Source: Calditrichia bacterium
GTDB lineage: Bacteria > Calditrichota > Calditrichia > JAJRVZ01
Length of the DNA stretch: 64,000 bases
Direction: 5' to 3'
NCBI GenBank assembly: GCA_963796965.1
Contig: CAWCNS010000005.1
Coordinates: forward strand, 64,001 to 128,000
Below are positions 62,207 to 64,000 of this stretch, piece after piece (the first letter of the stretch is position 1; each line of letters begins with the position of its first letter). The translations under genes were made by a program, and so were the position numbers. The notes under the pieces are model-generated. The model searched no databases. It was not told the origin of the DNA and worked only from the letters and a program-made list of their open reading frames with translations.

Positions 62207-62989
62207 ATGCATAACAAAATTAGCTTCATAGGTGGTGGCCGCATTTCGTATCTATTACTTGAAGGCTTAAAGAGAGAAAGTGCTTTGCCGGATAACATCA
62301 TTGTCAGTGATCCAAATTTAGAACGTAATAAAATCTTTAAATCCATCGATGCTGATAAAATCGAATTTACGCAACAAAACAATGAACCTCTGAAATCTCA
62401 AATCATTTTTTTGGCTGTGCATCCACCCGTTATCAAAGAAGTATTTATAGAAATTCAGAAAAACTTAAATCCCCGATCAATTTTAGTCTCATTAGCACCG
62501 GTTGTAAAAATACAATCTCTTCAACAATTATTGGGAGGACATGAGCGAATTGTTCGCATGATTCCCAATGCTCCCTCAATTATTGGCAGGGGGTATAATC
62601 CTGTTTGTTTTGCAGATTCGATATCATCGCAGGAAAAGAGTGAGTTGTTCTCATTATTTAATCATTGGGGGCAAACACCTGAAGTAGAAGAGGATAAACT
62701 TGAAGCCTATGCGATATTAACGGCAATGGGCCCAACTTATTTCTGGTTCCAATGGATGGAGCTGCAGAAGTTAGGCAAGCAATTTAAATTGAATGAAGAA
62801 GAGATTAATTTATCGTTACAAGAGATGATAACGGGCTCGTCCAATTTACTTTTTAATTCTGATTATTCAGATAAAGAGATACTGGATATGATACCGGTAA
62901 AACCCTTACAGGAGGAGGAAGAGAATGTTCGCAATATGATGAACAACCGACTCCAATCTTTACATTCAAAATTAACTAAAAATAAATAG
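62207..62989 (+). CDS. Pyrroline-5-carboxylate reductase-like protein
   Basis: ISFIGGGRI, FLAVHP, RMIPNAP and TAMGPTY motifs (divergent ProC family). Confidence 0.8.
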   Translation: MHNKISFIGGGRISYLLLEGLKRESALPDNIIVSDPNLERNKIFKSIDADKIEFTQQNNEPLKSQIIFLAVHPPVIKEVFIEIQKNLNPRSILVSLAPVVKIQSLQQLLGGHERIVRMIPNAPSIIGRGYNPVCFADSISSQEKSELFSLFNHWGQTPEVEEDKLEAYAILTAMGPTYFWFQWMELQKLGKQFKLNEEEINLSLQEMITGSSNLLFNSDYSDKEILDMIPVKPLQEEEENVRNMMNNRLQSLHSKLTKNK

Positions 62990-63158
62990 CTGTTTGTATT
63001 ATTATATTGATTATAGCAATCTTTGGATATTGGGAATATTGAAAAGATCTGTCATGTTTTTAATTTCATCGATTAGGTAAATATTATGTGATTATAGTTT
63101 ATGAATGTAATTATATAGGTTGAACCTTCAGCCATAAATAATTATCCTGGATAATTAG

Positions 63159-63208
63159 TTTCTCGCATAGACCTGCCGGCAGGCAGGACTCAGGGCCTCT
63201 GCGTGAAA
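63159..63208. repeat. Nested palindromic element
   Basis: TTTCTCGCATAG ... CTCTGCGTGAAA ends enclosing CCTGCCGGCAGGCAGG. Confidence 0.55.
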
Positions 63209-63400
63209 TATTTATACGAATGCTGTCAAAGATTTTGTTTTTTCAGCAAAGATTTAGTGTCATTCCGTAAAGAATTTTCCTGCTTGTCGAATTAGCATTT
63301 AAACGAAGGAAGATCCTTCAAGATGACAGAGGAAAGTTTGCGATTTGTTTACAGCATTATACTGTGTTATGAATAGATCAAGTTTTTCGAGTGAGGTTGT

Positions 63401-64000
63401 GTGGTAAATCGTGCTTTAAATCTCTTTAATCGATTATTCGTTTTGTGGGTACTCATTGCTGGGGTTATAGGATTTCAATATCCGGGATTCTTTATTGCCC
63501 AGAAATCTTATATGGATTTGTTTTTCGCCGTCACAATGTTTGGCATCGGAATCGTTCTGAATCCTGAGGATTTTGTCAATATTTTTAAGAAATATTAAAG
63601 TGGTTTTGGTTGGAGTAGTCGCACAATTTTCAATCATGCCCTTGTCAGCCTATCTTGTCACGAAAATATTTTCGTTTTCTGATGATTTTTCATTAGGGTT
63701 AATATTAACCGGGTCAGCTCCTGGTGCTATGGCCAGCAATGTTTTAAGTTTTCTGGCCGGAGCCGATATCGCCTATTCGGTTTCCTTGACAACCGTCTCG
63801 ACTTTTCTCGCACCGCTTTTAACCCCATTGTTAACTCTCTTCCTTGCCAATACGATTTTGGACATCCCGTTCTGGGACCTTATGAGAAGCGTCAGCCTGA
63901 TGGTTCTCCTCCCATTAATCCTGGGAATCCTTGTACGAAAGTTCGCAGGGAAGAAGATCGAGCCTTTGACAAAAATATTCCCGTCGATTTCTTCTCTTTT
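63401..64000 (+). CDS. Bile acid:sodium symporter family protein, partial (frameshift near 63595; runs off the window end)
   Basis: TMFGIG; a second frame gives GVVAQFSIMP, GSAPGAMASNV and GADIAYSVSLT. Confidence 0.85.

Overview
AT-rich bacterial chromosomal window with about 55 genes and no rRNA, tRNA or CRISPR. A 'QNYPNPFNP' C-terminal sorting domain, many Tat-exported proteins and the repeat types suggest an FCB-group organism such as Calditrichota, KSB1 or Ignavibacteria (inference). Gene content: transporters (MscS, APC, DHA2 MFS, CorA, RarD, an RND pair, BASS); carbohydrate-active proteins (GH36-like, PL10 pectate lyase, Tat-exported isomerase-like and FG-GAP-like proteins); desaturase, nitrilase and a cold-shock protein; a NarL/stress block with two B12 radical SAM enzymes; cysE-cysK; an extended arsenic/thioredoxin operon; and a sigma54 activator upstream of a haem protein with a sorting domain. 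About 15 genes carry single-base frameshifts, probably read or assembly errors. The best non-obvious signals are: (1) an unannotated Cys-Cys-Cys leader peptide with promoter and terminator ahead of cysE-cysK; (2) a structured ~190-nt minus-strand RNA with a perfect 13-nt Shine-Dalgarno, an ATC codon at start spacing and its own terminator; (3) a GxxExxY gene bounded by perfect 16-bp inverted repeats, with an empty copy and related elements nearby; (4) an exactly 22-bp-phased array of seven near-palindromic units.
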